Origin: a virus
IMG/VR virus record: IMGVR_UViG_3300022756_000003
Strand: one strand, 5' to 3'
Length of the DNA: 38,492 bases
Shown here: positions 17,001 through 24,879 of the stretch, piece after piece
Position numbering within the stretch: the stretch's first letter is position 1
Layout of the letters: the number at the start of each line of letters is the position of its first letter
The notes under the pieces: generated by a model
The model's database searches: none
What the model saw: only the letters and a program-made list of their open reading frames with translations
Told to the model about the DNA's origin: nothing
Made by a program: the position numbers and the translations under genes

Positions 17001-17396
17001 CAGGGGCATGGGCAGGTCGGGGCGCTCGGCGGCGTAGCGGTCGGCGGTGGCGTTCAAGTTCGCCGCCTGCCGGTCGGAGAAGTCCTGCAGCCCGGCGGCG
17101 CTGGGGATGGCCCCGGCCACGTCGCTGCCGATCTGCCCGATGCGCGCCAGGGCCCCCTGCGCCCAGTCCCCCACCCCCTCGAGCGGGGAGGGGGCCGGCA
17201 GGGGCGGCGGGGCGGGCGGCGGCGGTGGAGGCGGGAGGTCCGGCACCAACCCGTCGAGGGCGGAGGTGGCCCGGCCGATCCAGTCCCCCGCGGTGGCCCC
17301 GGCCGCGGCGATGCGCTGCCGGGCGACCTGCTCGGCCCGGCGGCGCTGGAAGTCGAGCCAGCTCCCGGCGTCTACGGGCGGTAACGCGCCGTCCAT
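14004..17396 (-). CDS. Very large internal virion / ejection-type protein (1130 aa)
   Basis: ATG 17396. Ala/Gly-rich N-terminal third with a poly-Pro tract, and a more complex C-terminal half (…YFNGGVTGDPPADPNERRRREAQGEQWNTV…LVPTRIDPVTGEDQRREG…). The function is inferred from size and position. Confidence 0.9.
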   Translation of the reverse strand: MDGALPPVDAGSWLDFQRRRAEQVARQRIAAAGATAGDWIGRATSALDGLVPDLPPPPPPPAPPPLPAPSPLEGVGDWAQGALARIGQIGSDVAGAIPSAAGLQDFSDRQAANLNATADRYAAERPDLPMPLGVLAGAGGEAWQGLGRVQNKTGQAVQAMTGFGPQGADLPAQAAGAFQVGTTPFTAPGEVASELAGAAGGLPETQAAAQGVMSTVGPGGTIGSIEGGLAANAPSWLRAAPAALAPAGAALGIGTGIAAGAPPAGVVTRGFEGANMGAGVGELATAAPQVLSGVGDVLGRVPYRFGQAAAAEADEAGGLGIRSGQRFRMPRLTPEQQAQRAVDGEAEQRVFDAIQRLWRRGADGEAAADDLRLLAVGKGAEGERAAREYLAAKGLEDVLPAGVVPEGAAAGDGLLGAATRATDPFLARGAQTTGERAFDLAAGTAGGVAAAATADEDATWQERAGRFALGSAAGALGGANLRQLGRVASGTLADDVLGAAAGAAGRGAPPGRGRITLGDIPELMGAIPLAAPTSQLANFTSGMARTVERVAGVAFEGRPIDALVDLGGMVRSLPGAGRKVREAFGAGPTQFNPGMTGAQTSGDLLSRGGLAPTVLTAGTRANAALDEFWRTVNEAGAGARAARHRLGAADTARMTQSAGDFATWGGPNSAVAKKLTELKGAIRDPNASLLDKGVAAAVTSMAPYVLMPERLLRATIGSLVPAEAGVGLVRALKRGDTAAAREFAGRAAAGMAATTALTIAYFNGGVTGDPPADPNERRRREAQGEQWNTVATPTGQRIPSRYLGSLGMQASAIATTLDAARKAQAEGGDPGAVLENGYNAAWRWGLKASYLSDMVDFVDAVNGPQGAAGATRSLLAGQPSRFTGPLTTIIGAADPYERQAETFPEQVASRTGLRALVPTRIDPVTGEDQRREGTGLSRYWGERGDVQTDEGLELARLGLQPRVLGRTEAYEGAKPTPEQRRAAQRALGSETGKTVREAMAKPGYAKLDDAGKKSALQDALRTAADRADVVLGEGVTRGTKQQAQREWDAVPKYVGVQGTPDEVRTQNAAISRAQSLETEYKKKYGEGGWRAKLREEEPDAFALVNKTRRDADALARQRKAIEKKYGVSLG

Positions 17397-17417
17397 GGTG
17401 CCCTCGCTGGCGCTCCC

Positions 17418-19445
17418 TTACCGCTGGAAGAAGTTGTAGGACGCGCTCGAGGCCCCGGCCGCGCGGGGAGCGGCGCCCTTCATCAGGTTCTCGACGTCGT
17501 TGGCGTCCCAGCCCTGGTCCTCGTACTGGCCGAGGATCATCTCCCGCTGGGAGGGCTGCATCCGGGCCCAGTTGGAGAGGTCGGCCTGGCGCGGGTTGCC
17601 CAGCGTCTGCTGCGCGGCGGGGTCCTGCCCGTAGGTGCCGGAGAGGATGTCCCCGGCCAACCCGGCGGCGCTGGCCCGGCCGCCCTGCGCCTGCCCCTGG
17701 GCCCCCTGCCCGGTCGGCAGCTGGTAGCGCCCCTGGTAGGCCGCCAGCACGTCCTGCAGCCCCTGGGGGGTGGCCCCGAAGGTGGACTGGTAGCGCGCGT
17801 AGTCGCGGGGCCCCTTCATGCTGGCCTGGAGGCTGAGCAGGTACTGCGCCTGGGCGTTCTCCTGGGCGATGGCCTGCTGCGTCTTCTGGCCGTTGTACAT
17901 CCCCGTCAGCCCCGCCTCGCTGACCCCTTGGGCAAACCGCTGCTGCTGCATCGACTGCGTGTCCGCCCCGCCGAACTGCCCGGTGAGGCCCGCCGTCTGG
18001 TACGCCTTGCTCCAGGCGTCGCGGGCCTCTTCCAACGCGATGCGGGTGTCCCCCTGGCGCAGAAGGGCCTGCTGGTACGCCCAGTAGGCGGCCCGGTCGG
18101 CGGCGTCCGCCGCGTTCTTGTTGGCGATGGCGTCCTCGGTGCTGCTGCCCGTCCCCGGCGCCCCGCCCGGCTGGACGTTCCGCCCGCCCAGGGCGGCCCC
18201 GCCGATCTGCTGCTGGGTGAGCCCCGTCTTCTCCTGGATCATCTGCCACGCCTGCGGGTCCTGGACGAAGATGCGCCCGGCGCGGATCTCGTCGAGCAGC
18301 CCCTGCCACATGGCCGGCGGCGCCGACCAGGCGGGGGTGCCGATGCCGGTGGGCGTGTCCGAGCGCAGGAAGAGGGTGGCGAGGTAGTCCTTGCCCGCCG
18401 TCTCCGGGGTCTGCCCCCAGTTGGACGTCACCGTCGACCCGAAGAAGCCGCCGCCCATCCCGCCCCCACCGCCGCCCGTCGGCGCGTAGGCGTAGGGGGG
18501 CGCCGCCGCGGCCAGGGCCGGGTCGAAGCCCCCGCCGCCCCCGCCCAGCCCGTGCTCCCGGCGCCACCGCGCGTCGCCCTGCAGGGCCTGCGTGCCGTCG
18601 GTGGCCTTCCCGGTGATCCACCGCTGCGGGGTCTGCACCTCGGCGCCCGTGGTCGGGTCGCCCGTGCCCCCCAGCCCGTACCGGCTGTTGACGACCTCGT
18701 TCCCGATCTTCTGGAACAGCCCCTGCGGCGCGCCGGGGAACCGGGGCGTCTGGTCCTGGGTGTTCAGAGCGAACTGGTTGTAGGTGCCGCTCCCCGGGAT
18801 GTAGCCCGGGGCCAGCTTGGGGTCGAAGAGGTAGGGGAGGTCGGCCTCGTTGATCTTGATGGGGGCCTGGTTGAAGCCGGGCACGCCCCAGCCGTAGGGC
18901 TGGCCCTCCGTGCCGGCGCCGATGGTGCCCCAGCCGGCGCCGCGCCCCTGGGTGGGGTCGGCCGCGTTCCAGGTCGACGGGGCCACCGTCGAGCCGAACG
19001 GGACGTCCGTCGGCCGCCCCGGGACGGTCTGCCCGGGCATGGCGCCGGGGTAGCGCCCCGTCCCGGGGCGGGTGGGGCCGTAGTTGAAGTCCTCGCCCGG
19101 GCGCCCCGTGCCCACCGGGCCGGTCGGCGCGCGGGGGTTCACCGGCGCACCGGGCGCCGCCGGGCCCGCGGCCGGGGGCGCGCCCTGGAGCTGGGGCGGC
19201 GGGTTGGCGATGTCGAAGGCGGTGAGGCTGCCGTCGGGGTTGATGACGGCGGCGCGCCCGCCCCCCAGGTCGGCGGGGTCGGGGCGCCCGGGGTTGATGT
19301 AGGCGACCTCCTGCTCCGTGTTCGCGTCCCAGACGACGTAGCTGCCGTCGCTGTAGCGCGTGCCGATGAGCCAGCGCCCCTGGGCGTCGCGCCCCAGGTC
19401 GAGCGCGTCGTAGTCCGTGACGGGGGTGGCGCCGGGTGCGGGCAT
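17418..19445 (-). CDS. Large virion protein (675 aa)
   Basis: ATG 19445. Gly/Pro/Gln-rich with aromatic islands. No recognised motif. In the portal-proximal structural block. Confidence 0.9.
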   Translation of the reverse strand: MPAPGATPVTDYDALDLGRDAQGRWLIGTRYSDGSYVVWDANTEQEVAYINPGRPDPADLGGGRAAVINPDGSLTAFDIANPPPQLQGAPPAAGPAAPGAPVNPRAPTGPVGTGRPGEDFNYGPTRPGTGRYPGAMPGQTVPGRPTDVPFGSTVAPSTWNAADPTQGRGAGWGTIGAGTEGQPYGWGVPGFNQAPIKINEADLPYLFDPKLAPGYIPGSGTYNQFALNTQDQTPRFPGAPQGLFQKIGNEVVNSRYGLGGTGDPTTGAEVQTPQRWITGKATDGTQALQGDARWRREHGLGGGGGGFDPALAAAAPPYAYAPTGGGGGGMGGGFFGSTVTSNWGQTPETAGKDYLATLFLRSDTPTGIGTPAWSAPPAMWQGLLDEIRAGRIFVQDPQAWQMIQEKTGLTQQQIGGAALGGRNVQPGGAPGTGSSTEDAIANKNAADAADRAAYWAYQQALLRQGDTRIALEEARDAWSKAYQTAGLTGQFGGADTQSMQQQRFAQGVSEAGLTGMYNGQKTQQAIAQENAQAQYLLSLQASMKGPRDYARYQSTFGATPQGLQDVLAAYQGRYQLPTGQGAQGQAQGGRASAAGLAGDILSGTYGQDPAAQQTLGNPRQADLSNWARMQPSQREMILGQYEDQGWDANDVENLMKGAAPRAAGASSASYNFFQR

Positions 19446-19448
19446 GGC

Positions 19449-20090
19449 CTACTCCTCTTCCTGCGTCCCGGGCGGCACCAACGCGCCCGGGCCCGGCTGT
19501 CCCTGCGGGGTGAGCGCCGGCCAGCCGCCGGCGGGCGTGGTGTCGACGACGCCGCCGGGCGTGGGGCCCACGGGCGTCTCCTGGAAGCGGGACACCGGCA
19601 GCGCCACCGGCAGCCCGTGCTGGCGGCGCCAGGCGGCCCCGCCGTTGATGGCCGTGGCCAGCCCCTCCGGCCCGAGGCGCTGGTACTCGGCCCACCACTG
19701 CTTGGGGTCGACCTGGCCCTGCGGGGTGAACAGGGTCTCGCCGTAGTAGCGGGCCTGCTCCTGGGGCGACACCCGGGCCGAGAAGGGCGCGTACACCCCG
19801 TCCATCATGGCCCCGGCCACGTCCTGCGCCGTGCTCTCGACCCAGTGGGTGACGTCGTCCGCCACGCTCTCCAGGCTGTTGGGCGCGACCCGGGGCGCGC
19901 CGCCGCCCGGCCACGCCCCCGTGCGCCGGCGGTTGCCGCTCGAGCGCGCCCGGCCGATGGTCGCCGGGGGGCCGCCCAGCACCTCTTGTGCAGCCGCCGG
20001 CGCGTCCTCTCCCAGCGGCCCGGGCATCCCCTCGGGCAGCCCCACGGGCTCGGACGGGACACCGTTGGCGGGGGACTCGGGGGCGGCCAC
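19449..20090 (-). CDS. Hypothetical virion-module protein (213 aa)
   Basis: GTG 20090 abuts the portal stop. Central region has normal composition (…DVTHWVESTAQDVAGAMMDGVYAPFSARVSPQEQARYYGETLF…). Confidence 0.8.
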   Translation of the reverse strand: MAAPESPANGVPSEPVGLPEGMPGPLGEDAPAAAQEVLGGPPATIGRARSSGNRRRTGAWPGGGAPRVAPNSLESVADDVTHWVESTAQDVAGAMMDGVYAPFSARVSPQEQARYYGETLFTPQGQVDPKQWWAEYQRLGPEGLATAINGGAAWRRQHGLPVALPVSRFQETPVGPTPGGVVDTTPAGGWPALTPQGQPGPGALVPPGTQEEE

Positions 20091-22307
20091 CTAGGTGCCC
20101 ATCTGCTGGCCCGGGAGGGGCCGCATGTTCGGCGGCGGCCCCTGCACGTTCGGTCCCCCGCCGGGGTTGCTCGGCAGGCCCCCGGGCGCCATGTTCGGCC
20201 CGGTGCTGCCGGCGCCGCCGACGCTGCCCGGTGGGGGCGGCGCGAAGGGCATGCCTTGGCCGGGGGCCATGGCGTCCGGCGCGCCGAGCTGCAGCCCCCC
20301 CGGCCCGGGCATCCCGGGCGCCATCCCTGGGGGGGCACCCGGGGGCATCCCGGGCGGCCCCGGCGGACCGGGGGCGCCGCCCAGCTCTTCCATGGCCTGG
20401 GCCTGCTGGATGCCCAGGAGCTGGAAGATGCGGTCGGTCAGGCGCTTCTGGATCTCCGGGCTCCGCTTGAGGTTCTCCACCAGGAGCTGCCGCTCGACGG
20501 CGCCGGGGTCCTGCCCCAGCTCCTCCATGGCCTGCGTCCGGGAGGTGAGCCCCGCCTGCAGCATCTCGACCTGGGTGCGCACCTCGAGCACGCGGTTGGA
20601 GGGCACCTCCGCGTCCAGGGCCACCCGGTAGCGGTGCACCCCCTTCAGCTCGTCGGGGCCCACCGCCAGCCAGCCCTCCCGCGCGCCCCGGACGCCGGGG
20701 TTGTACCCGCGGCGGGGGGACACCGTGGGCAGGTTGCCCCAGCAGTACACCTTCTCCCCGATGCACTCGTCGATCAGGTAGCTCTCGAAGCCCACCCGCT
20801 CGCTCAGGGCGAACTGGGCGTTCCCCAGCAGGGGCGAGTAGCGCAGGCTCCCCAGGTAGGCGCTCTGGTTGAGGGCGTAGCCGCTGGCCCCGGTGTCGGC
20901 GCCGGCGAGCGCGTCGGGCAGGATGCGCTTGAAGATGTTGACCGTGTCCTCCTTGGCCTGCTGGAGGTCGATCCCGGTGCGGGGCGGCTCGATGGGGGAC
21001 ACGTCGAAGGGCAGCACCTCGCCGGGCACCACCTGCACCGGGCGCTGGGCGTCCCGCTCCCCGCCGTCGATGCCGAAGGGGGCCACGCCCGGGCCGGCCG
21101 CGGCGCCGATGGCGCTCACCATGTTGGCCCCCGGCGGGGCGTTGCGCTTCCAGGAGGGGAAGCCCGTCATGAACGCCGCGTTCGAGGTGAGCGTGAGCAG
21201 CTGGTCGTAGAGCTGGAACAGGTTCAGGTAGCCGAAGAGGACGCCCAGGGACATCAGCTCGGGCTCGCGCTGCCCGGTGGTGATGCCCCCGGCCCGGAAG
21301 TAGGGGCCCCGCAGGGTGCGCGTCTCCGCGACCCCGTAGTGGTGGCGCACGCTCTTGACGATGGTGCCCTTCCCCAGCGCGGCCCCGCCGCGGGAGGCGC
21401 CCTGCCCCGGCCCCACCAGCGAGTAGTGCACGTCCTGCCAGTCCCACAGCTCCACCAGATCGAGGCTGGCGACGCCGGACATGACCTGGCCCCACTGGGA
21501 GCGGGGCAGGCCCAGGTGCTCCTCGGGGACGACGCGGCCCCCGGAGCCCAGCCCGGCGCCGAAGCGGGTGAGCGCCTCGAGGTAGGGGATGGACTTGATC
21601 TCCGCCGCCAGGGTCATCCCGCCGGCCTCGGAGGCCCAGTGGTAGAAGGTGCTGGGGGGGATGTCCGTCGACTTGATGGGGTAGGCCGCGGCCCGCTTGG
21701 CCTCGTCGGTCAGCTGGTCGTACGCCTGCTCCCGCTGGTGGGCCTTGCCCCGCCCGTCGGCGTACTCGCCGTACTCGGCGTCCTCCGGGTCACGCATCCG
21801 CCGGTCGAGGTCGCGCACCGTGCGGGAATACGCACGCCACGCGGATTGACTCCGTTCGACGGTCTTCATGATCGCTTCGCCGTAAGCGACCAGCGACCAC
21901 ATGTAGCTGCGGAAGAGCTGCCGGCCCGCCTCCTGCTCCTGGCGCGTCCACGACGCCGAGAAGAATTTCTCTCTGAGCTCGGCGTTGTTCTGCGCCTCGC
22001 TCCCGCTGGCGACCGGCTCGAAGTTGACCTCCGGCGCGTTCACCGTCAGGGCCGCGGTGATGGAGTTCACCATGTCCAGCGCCAGGGGCGCCTTGGTGAC
22101 GATGGTGCTCTCCTCGTACGCCTTGGGCACCTTGACGTCGTAGCGCCCGAAGAGCACCCGCTCCGTGGCCTGGAGGTTCTTGTCCCGCAGCGCGAAGTCG
22201 CTGAGCAGCTGCTGGGCGACGTCGGTGACGTAGCCCTCCGCGGCGGGCACGTAGGACTTGCCGCGGCCGCGGACGCGCTCGTCGTCCGGGCGCTTGCGTT
22301 GGGCCAT
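20091..22307 (-). CDS. Portal protein candidate (738 aa) with Pro/Gly/Met-rich C-terminal tail
   Basis: ATG 22307 (MAQRKRPDDE…). The track ORF extends further upstream through shadow sequence. Called from its size, its place as first gene of the structural operon, and its divergence from terL. The last ~95 aa are a PGM-rich low-complexity tail in a high-GC3 frame. Confidence 0.75.
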   Translation of the reverse strand: MAQRKRPDDERVRGRGKSYVPAAEGYVTDVAQQLLSDFALRDKNLQATERVLFGRYDVKVPKAYEESTIVTKAPLALDMVNSITAALTVNAPEVNFEPVASGSEAQNNAELREKFFSASWTRQEQEAGRQLFRSYMWSLVAYGEAIMKTVERSQSAWRAYSRTVRDLDRRMRDPEDAEYGEYADGRGKAHQREQAYDQLTDEAKRAAAYPIKSTDIPPSTFYHWASEAGGMTLAAEIKSIPYLEALTRFGAGLGSGGRVVPEEHLGLPRSQWGQVMSGVASLDLVELWDWQDVHYSLVGPGQGASRGGAALGKGTIVKSVRHHYGVAETRTLRGPYFRAGGITTGQREPELMSLGVLFGYLNLFQLYDQLLTLTSNAAFMTGFPSWKRNAPPGANMVSAIGAAAGPGVAPFGIDGGERDAQRPVQVVPGEVLPFDVSPIEPPRTGIDLQQAKEDTVNIFKRILPDALAGADTGASGYALNQSAYLGSLRYSPLLGNAQFALSERVGFESYLIDECIGEKVYCWGNLPTVSPRRGYNPGVRGAREGWLAVGPDELKGVHRYRVALDAEVPSNRVLEVRTQVEMLQAGLTSRTQAMEELGQDPGAVERQLLVENLKRSPEIQKRLTDRIFQLLGIQQAQAMEELGGAPGPPGPPGMPPGAPPGMAPGMPGPGGLQLGAPDAMAPGQGMPFAPPPPGSVGGAGSTGPNMAPGGLPSNPGGGPNVQGPPPNMRPLPGQQMGT

Positions 22308-22316
22308 GTGGCCCCC

Positions 22317-22322
22317 ATCATA
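22317..22322 (-). promoter_or_regulatory. Candidate -10 hexamer TATGAT 9 nt upstream of the portal ATG (leaderless-type)
   Basis: Minus strand reads gtggcgTATGATgggggccacATG. No good -35. Confidence 0.35.
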
Positions 22323-22333
22323 CGCCACATTGT

Positions 22334-22452
22334 TTGACAATCGAGCGGCGATTGCTTTACAGGATGACGCGATGACCACCGCTGCGCCGCCGCTGCCCGC
22401 CGCGTCCTGGGACGCCGTCGCGCTCGAGCTGGCCCGGCGGCGTCCGGAGGCG
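22334..22452 (+). pseudogene. Remnant copy of the terL promoter, leader and first ~26 codons
   Basis: TTGACA-N18-TACAGGATGACGCGATG, then MTTAAPPLPAASWDAVALELARRRPEA. This parallels TTGACG…TACAGGGTACGCATG and MAVTVAAEAPSWEAVALELARRDPAC of terL. Similarity ends at the HNH stop codon (22453). Confidence 0.55.
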
Positions 22453-22956
22453 TTACTCCCCGAGCATCTCCATGTACTGCCGCCGTGCTTCAACCGCCTC
22501 CTCAAGGGTGTCGAAGCGGCCGATATGGACCTGCTTGTACATGACGTGGACGCGAGCAATCCAGCGACCGTTCGGGGTCTGTCGCACCCCAACGAACCCA
22601 CTTCTGCCTCGCGCGTCCTGGTTCCGCATGTTGGTGGGGTGGCTCACCAGTCGCAGGTTGCTGCGCCGGTTGTCCAGCTTGTCGCGGTTGATGTGGTCAA
22701 CCACGAGGTCGCCGCGGCGCCAGACGCGCAGGGGCTGCTCAGGCAAGCCCAGAACCTCGCGGTGCATGTAGACGACCCATTGGCGCACGACGCCCGGGGC
22801 GACCGCCCGCGTAATGCGCCGCGCGGCGTACCCGCTCCCCTGGAAGTACCACCGATGCGCCAACAGCCGGCGGTAATCGGCCGCGTCGACCAGGGCGTAC
22901 TTCCCTCGGGTGAGGGGGATCACGCAGGGGCCGAGGGTAAACTTAGGCGGCGCCAT
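22453..22956 (-). CDS. HNH homing-type endonuclease with AP2 DNA-binding domain
   Basis: 167 aa from ATG 22956 (GGAGGA RBS). YMHREVLG…DLVVDHINRDKLDNRRSNLRLVSHPTNMRNQ is HNH_3-type. SGFVGVRQTPNGRWIARVHVMYKQVHIGRFDTLEEAVEARRQY is AP2-type. Confidence 0.9.
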   Translation of the reverse strand: MAPPKFTLGPCVIPLTRGKYALVDAADYRRLLAHRWYFQGSGYAARRITRAVAPGVVRQWVVYMHREVLGLPEQPLRVWRRGDLVVDHINRDKLDNRRSNLRLVSHPTNMRNQDARGRSGFVGVRQTPNGRWIARVHVMYKQVHIGRFDTLEEAVEARRQYMEMLGE

Positions 22957-22995
22957 GGGAGCTGGTCCTCCTGTGGTGAAGTGGGCGGCGGGGTG

Positions 22996-23025
22996 TTGAC
23001 GCACCTCGCCGCCTGCGCCTCTATT
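22996..23025 (+). promoter_or_regulatory. Candidate terL promoter (TTGACG-N18-TCTATT)
   Basis: TTGACGCAC at 22996, then the AT-rich tctatttta at 23020..23028, 20 nt before ATG 23046. Read on the other strand, the same AT patch gives TAAAAT upstream of the HNH-AP2 gene. Confidence 0.35.
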
Positions 23026-23045
23026 TTACCGGCTACAGGGTACGC

Positions 23046-24554
23046 ATGGCCGTGACGGTGGCCGCCGAGGCGCCCTCGTGGGAAGCGGTCGCGCTCGAGT
23101 TGGCGCGCCGCGACCCCGCTTGCTACGCCCTTGTGGCGCACGGACTGCGCCCGGCGCCGCACCACCGGCGCTGGCTGGCGGCGCTCAGAGAGACGGTGGA
23201 GACGCCCGGGGGGCGGCTGCTGCTCATCGCGCCGCCGGGGACGGCGAAGAGCACGTACACCAGCCAGGTGCTGCCCCTGTGGTATCTGGGCAACCACCCC
23301 GACCGGGCGGTGTTGGCCACCACCAGCAGCGACGTGATGGCCAGCGAGTTCGGCGGGGTGATCGACCTGGCCCTGCGCCAGAACGAGGCGCACGGCGCGG
23401 TGTTCCCGGACGGGGCGTGCCGGCCGGACCCGGCGCGGGGGTGGAGCAGCGACGGGCTGTACCTCAAGGGCGTCCCGCCGGAGACCAAAGACCCCAGCTA
23501 CCGGGTGGCCGGGCTGGGCTCGAGCGTCATCGGCTCCCGGTGCCACCTGCTGCTGCTCGACGACCCGGTGACCCAGGAGACGGCCCAGAGCGAGGCGGAG
23601 ATGCGCCGCACCCGGCGCTACCTCGACCTGACCCTGCTGACCCGGCTGCACCCCGGGGGCAGCGCCGTCGCCATCATGACCCGGTGGGGCGAGGCGGACG
23701 TGGCCGCCCACCTCATCGCCCAGGGGTGGCGCGTGGAGGTGTGGCCCCAGCTCTCGGAGGACTACGCGGGGGACGAGCGGGACGGGGAGGGGCGCGCCGC
23801 GCTGTGGCCGGGGCGGTACCCGCTGGCCTGGGTGCAGGCGGAGCGCCAGCGGCTGGGGACGGCGCAGTTCGAGCTGATCCACCAGGGCAACCCCTTGCTC
23901 ATGGGGGGCGCGGTGTGGCGCGCCGCCGGGTGGTTCCGCGATCTGCCCCCGCACACGCAGCAGCTCACCGCGCGGGGGACGCCCTTCCTCGAGGAGTGCG
24001 TCCGCTGCACCTACATCGACACGGCGTGGAGCGAGAAGCAGACCGCGGACTGGACGGCTGCCGTCACGTGCGCCTACCACCCGAGCGACCCGGCGCGCTG
24101 CCTGTACGTGCTGGGGGCGTGGCGCCGGCGGGTGGACGAAGACGGGCTGGCGGAGGCCCTGGCCGAGCACCTGCTGGCGGTGCGCCCCCACGTGGTGGGG
24201 GTGGAGCAGGCGGCCTACAAGCAGGCGGCCACCGGCGCGCTGGTGCAGGAGCTGGTGTACCGCACCAACGGCCGGCTGGCGACCACCGTGCGGGCCATCC
24301 CCAGCGTGGTGGACAAGGTGACCCGCGCCCGGCCGGCGGCGGCCAAGGGCGAAGCGGGGCTGCTGTGCGTCGACCGCGACGTGCCCGAGATGGAGGCACT
24401 GATCCGGGAGTGCCTGGCGCTGCCCGTGGGCGCCCACGATGACCTCTGCGACGCCCTCTCGGGGGCGGCGGCCATGTGCCTCTACGGGGCGGAGACGCTC
24501 ACCGCGGGGCAGGTGACGGCCGGCGGGCCGCCGCAGCGGCTGCGCTTCGGGTAG
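23046..24554 (+). CDS. terL: Terminase large subunit
   Basis: 502 aa. Walker A LLIAPPGTAKST, Walker B HLLLLDDP, and a C-terminal RNaseH-like nuclease half with acidic motifs (YIDTAWS, GVEQAAY, AHDDLCDAL). Confidence 0.95.
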   Translation: MAVTVAAEAPSWEAVALELARRDPACYALVAHGLRPAPHHRRWLAALRETVETPGGRLLLIAPPGTAKSTYTSQVLPLWYLGNHPDRAVLATTSSDVMASEFGGVIDLALRQNEAHGAVFPDGACRPDPARGWSSDGLYLKGVPPETKDPSYRVAGLGSSVIGSRCHLLLLDDPVTQETAQSEAEMRRTRRYLDLTLLTRLHPGGSAVAIMTRWGEADVAAHLIAQGWRVEVWPQLSEDYAGDERDGEGRAALWPGRYPLAWVQAERQRLGTAQFELIHQGNPLLMGGAVWRAAGWFRDLPPHTQQLTARGTPFLEECVRCTYIDTAWSEKQTADWTAAVTCAYHPSDPARCLYVLGAWRRRVDEDGLAEALAEHLLAVRPHVVGVEQAAYKQAATGALVQELVYRTNGRLATTVRAIPSVVDKVTRARPAAAKGEAGLLCVDRDVPEMEALIRECLALPVGAHDDLCDALSGAAAMCLYGAETLTAGQVTAGGPPQRLRFG

Positions 24555-24879
24555 TCGCCCGCTGCCGGCGGCGCTCCCGGATGGCCCGGGCGGCCCGGGT
24601 GACGGGGTCGAGGCACTCGAAGTTGCGCTGGTGGGAGGCGATGAGGTGGCCGCAGCGCGGGCAGGCGAAGGCCTCCCGCTCGAGGCGCGCCCGCAGGGCC
24701 AGCACCTGCTCCCGGGTGGCGGTGATGACGGCCTGCGCCGCCGTGCAGCAGGGCAGGGCGCAACAGGGGCGGGCCGCCTCGGGATCGAGGGTGGCCCACA
24801 GGCGGCGCCGGGTGGGGCAGGTGCAGCGCACCGCACCGGCGGGGGCCGCCCGGTTCCAGCCGCCCCGGGGGGTGGTCAC
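24499..24879 (-). CDS. Cys-rich small protein (about 126 aa)
   Basis: GTG 24879 overlaps the upstream stop (GTGA). High GC3. Cys clusters RCTCP…PCCALPCC…CPRCGH…FEC. The 3' end overlaps the terL 3' end by 56 nt in convergent orientation, so the true stop and extent are uncertain. Confidence 0.55.
   Translation of the reverse strand: MTTPRGGWNRAAPAGAVRCTCPTRRRLWATLDPEAARPCCALPCCTAAQAVITATREQVLALRARLEREAFACPRCGHLIASHQRNFECLDPVTRAARAIRERRRQRATTRSAAAAAARRPSPAPR

Noticed and set aside
13974-22337. Giant ORFs 13974..17384 (+), 16975..21495 (-) and 17928..22337 (+)
   Set aside because: These are antisense or out-of-frame shadows of the 1130-aa, 675-aa and portal genes. Their Gly/Arg/Pro/Ala composition has the position-1 or position-2 GC saturation typical of a shadow rather than position-3 enrichment.
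22258-23055. 265-aa plus-strand ORF spanning the HNH-AP2 locus
   Set aside because: After the first ~27 codons (the terL 5' remnant) it runs antisense through the HNH-AP2 gene with shadow composition. It is not a real full-length gene.
22920-24836. 638-aa minus-strand ORF
   Set aside because: It is antisense to terL, which has Walker A/B and nuclease motifs. Its composition is a shadow.
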